A stretch of DNA of 48,847 nucleotides. Origin: Actinomycetota bacterium (GTDB taxonomy: Bacteria; Actinomycetota; Acidimicrobiia; Acidimicrobiales; Ilumatobacteraceae). Below, piece after piece: positions 46,818-48,847 of the stretch (position 1 is its first letter; the number at the start of each line of letters is the position of its first letter). The notes beneath the pieces were generated by a model, which had not been told where the DNA came from, made no database searches, and saw nothing but the letters and a program-made list of their open reading frames with translations. The position numbers were made by a program, and so were the translations under genes. The stretch spans positions 1 through 48,847 of the forward strand of contig RFQQ01000001.1 in the NCBI GenBank assembly GCA_009924875.1, given 5' to 3'.

Positions 46818-46839
46818 CGCAGCCATCGGTGCGGCTGCG
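46818..46839. terminator. Hairpin between convergent marC-like and DUF2332-like genes (possible bidirectional terminator)
   Basis: CGCAGCC (46818-24) pairs with GGCTGCG (46833-39) around an 8-nt loop. An alternative pairing is GCACCG/CGGTGC. No U-tracts. Confidence 0.25.
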
Positions 46840-46847
46840 TCATGACG

Positions 46848-47939
46848 TCAGAGCTCCGTGACCTCGATCCAGCGGCCGTGGGGGTGCGCGATTCCAATCG
46901 TGCGTTCGGTGCGTCGCCCGCCCTTCCAATCGACCCGCCTGAGCACGGAGAGCGAGATATTGCCGTCAACCTCACCCCAGGGGAGTTCGGGCGTTTCGTT
47001 CGGCGCTTCCAAATAGACCCAGGCGAGGTCATCTCGAGTGCCGAGTCGATCGAGTTCCTCGACGTAGGCCACTCGCTCGGAGGGAGTGAAGTAGGTGAGG
47101 CTCCACGTGTTGATGACGACGGGACAGCAGCCCCTCGCCCTCGAGCGCCCGACGACATCGGAAAGCAACTCAACCCCACTGCCCGTGTGAATCTCGACCT
47201 CGTTCCGGTTAGCGGTGGCCACGGCGAGTGCCTCGCGGAGACGACCCACGCGTTCGGTCTGGTCGGGCCAGAGGCACGCGAGGAGCCAGCGGGCCTCGTC
47301 GGGGTCCGAGGGGTCGATCGGGTGTGGGTCAACTCCGATGCGATGCACGATCTGAGGGGGCGTGGCGTCGATGAGTTGCTCGACGGCGGCGCCTCGGACG
47401 AGACAGTCGAGTTCGGGTCCAGTGCCGGACAAGCGTCGTTCGCCTCCGGAGGTGTCGTGGTATCGGTAGGCGTAACGGTCGAGGTGGAGGTTGAGACCGG
47501 CGCTGGTTCCGATGTCGATAAGTCCGAGCGGCCCTCCGGTCCGGTCGTTGATCGGCCGAAGTGTGGGGAGGATCAGCGCCGCCCGCCCAACGTCGTTCGT
47601 CTGGGTGGTGCGCGAGCTGATGATGATCCTCAGCGCGTCGGCGTGTGAGGAGCAAAAGTCGGTGAAGTCCGGTACCGGGTCGTCGATCGAACCCTGCGGG
47701 TTGATCGTGCGGTAATGCCGGGCGAGGGGTTCGTCAGGATGTCCGAGTAGTCGGAAGTGGACCGCTGCGAGCAACAGGACGGGACGCCGCTGGGGCTCGG
47801 GAACCCCATCGAGCAGAGACAACACCTCGGGGTTGTCGGCCACACCGCGACAGATCGTGCCGTAGGTCGGGGCGGTGCGGGCGATCTCCTCCCCGAAGCG
47901 GATGAACGATGCCCCGATGTGATCGGTGCCTTCCGTCAT
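46848..47939 (-). CDS. DUF2332-like protein of unknown function
   Basis: 363 aa from ATG 47939 (MTEGTDHIGASFIRFGEEIARTAPTYGTICRGVADNPEVLSLLDGVPEPQRRPVLLLAAV). This N-terminal pattern resembles DUF2332 proteins as I recall them. Confidence 0.6.
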   Translation of the reverse strand: MTEGTDHIGASFIRFGEEIARTAPTYGTICRGVADNPEVLSLLDGVPEPQRRPVLLLAAVHFRLLGHPDEPLARHYRTINPQGSIDDPVPDFTDFCSSHADALRIIISSRTTQTNDVGRAALILPTLRPINDRTGGPLGLIDIGTSAGLNLHLDRYAYRYHDTSGGERRLSGTGPELDCLVRGAAVEQLIDATPPQIVHRIGVDPHPIDPSDPDEARWLLACLWPDQTERVGRLREALAVATANRNEVEIHTGSGVELLSDVVGRSRARGCCPVVINTWSLTYFTPSERVAYVEELDRLGTRDDLAWVYLEAPNETPELPWGEVDGNISLSVLRRVDWKGGRRTERTIGIAHPHGRWIEVTEL

Positions 47940-47996
47940 GGCGGAACCGTAATCGGGGAGGGGTGGATCGAGGGGGCCGCATGGCAAGATCATGTG

Positions 47997-48847
47997 ATGG
48001 ATTTGATCTCCGAGCTCGAGGCCCGGGGCCTGGTGCACGACTCAACCGATCGCGCCACCCTCCGGGGTCGACTAGAGGCCGGCCCGATCGGCGTCTATGT
48101 CGGGTTCGATCCGACTGCCGACTCACTCCACGTCGGACACCTTCTCGGTCAGATCGGACTCCGTCGCTTCCAGGAGGCGGGCCATCGGGTGTTCCCGCTC
48201 GCCGGTGGTGCGACCGGAATGGTGGGAGATCCGAGCGGACGCTCCGAGGAGCGGAACCTGCTGACTCGCGAGGAACTCGAGCACAACGTCGTGGCCATCA
48301 AGGGTCAGCTCGCCCGGTTGCTCGACTTCGATTCATCGACAAATCCGGCGACCCTGGTTGACAACGCGGAGTGGACGGCGCCGATCGGCATGCTCGAGTT
48401 CCTCCGCGATGTCGGCAAGCACGTCACGATCGGCCAGATGCTCGCGAAGGACTCGGTCCGCTCTCGTCTGTCGGGTGACGCTGGGCTGTCGTACACCGAG
48501 TTCAGCTACATGTTGTTGCAGGCAAATGACTTTCGCCATCTGCACGATGCCCATGGGGTGGAGATGCAGATGGGTGGGAGCGATCAGTGGGGCAACATCA
48601 CCGCGGGAATCGATCTGGTTCGTCGCACCTCAGGTGGTTCCGCTCACGGACTGACCTGGCCGCTCCTCACCAAGGCTGACGGCTCGAAGTTCGGCAAGAC
48701 CGCGGATGGCGCAGTGTGGCTCGACGCTGTCCGTACCTCCCCCTACCGATTCCGCCAGTTCTGGCTGCAGACCGACGATGCCGATGTCCGAGACCGACTG
48801 TTGCGTTTCTCCCTCCGTTCGGTCGCCGAGGTCGAGGCCCTCGTGGC
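47997..48847 (+). CDS. tyrS: Tyrosine--tRNA ligase, 3'-truncated by the window edge
   Basis: Absent from the ORF track because no stop is reached. My translation from ATG 47997 reads MDLISELEARGLVHDSTD...GVYVGFDPTADSLHVGHL (HIGH motif) ...GGSDQWGNITAGIDL...KFGKT (KMSKS equivalent). Confidence 0.9.
   Translation, partial: MDLISELEARGLVHDSTDRATLRGRLEAGPIGVYVGFDPTADSLHVGHLLGQIGLRRFQEAGHRVFPLAGGATGMVGDPSGRSEERNLLTREELEHNVVAIKGQLARLLDFDSSTNPATLVDNAEWTAPIGMLEFLRDVGKHVTIGQMLAKDSVRSRLSGDAGLSYTEFSYMLLQANDFRHLHDAHGVEMQMGGSDQWGNITAGIDLVRRTSGGSAHGLTWPLLTKADGSKFGKTADGAVWLDAVRTSPYRFRQFWLQTDDADVRDRLLRFSLRSVAEVEALV

Overview
High-GC, very gene-dense chromosomal segment with actinobacterial gene content and order. 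I count about 55 genes. No rRNA, tRNA, CRISPR, transposase, integrase or phage-like genes are visible. All product calls rest on motifs I recognise in the translated ORFs; no database search was possible. Left to right: (1) An envelope-glycan locus (about 85-9723). It holds galE, a GT-C-like membrane protein, a small Ppm1/ArnC-like GT2, a 92-aa ORF, a GT4, a large GT2 and a second GT4. On the opposite strand it holds a second, paralogous GT-C-like membrane protein and a SAM methyltransferase. (2) On the minus strand, an FMN riboswitch followed by ribD-ribE-ribBA-ribH. A MaoC-type double hot-dog hydratase follows, and then the methyltransferase and membrane protein of block 1, with no visible terminator. 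(3) A beta-carbonic anhydrase divergent from pyrR-pyrB-pyrC-carA-carB-pyrD, with a PyrR-type RNA loop in the leader. (4) mihF-gmk-rpoZ-coaBC-metK-priA. (5) An RsmC-like methyltransferase divergent from def-fmt-rsmB-mog, then hisG, a cold-shock-domain-like protein and an alkyltransferase-like (ATL) protein. (6) A DUF1844-like gene divergent from infC-rpmI-rplT-trmH, then pheS-pheT. (7) algH divergent from argC-argB-argD-argF-argR-argH, with no argJ or argG, followed by a frameshifted marC-family gene. (8) A DUF2332-like gene divergent from a 3'-truncated tyrS. Most of the window is core housekeeping, and I see no obvious defence, toxin or mobile system. The only clearly accessory block is the glycan locus. 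The observations most worth following up are: the paired GT-C paralogues with a polyprenyl-phosphate-sugar synthase, a PriA lacking Walker A, the coupled CSD-ATL pair, candidate PyrR and ArgR operators, a possible non-AUG infC start, and the marC frameshift. Many long ORFs in the six-frame track are antisense or upstream-extension artefacts of high GC and were discarded.
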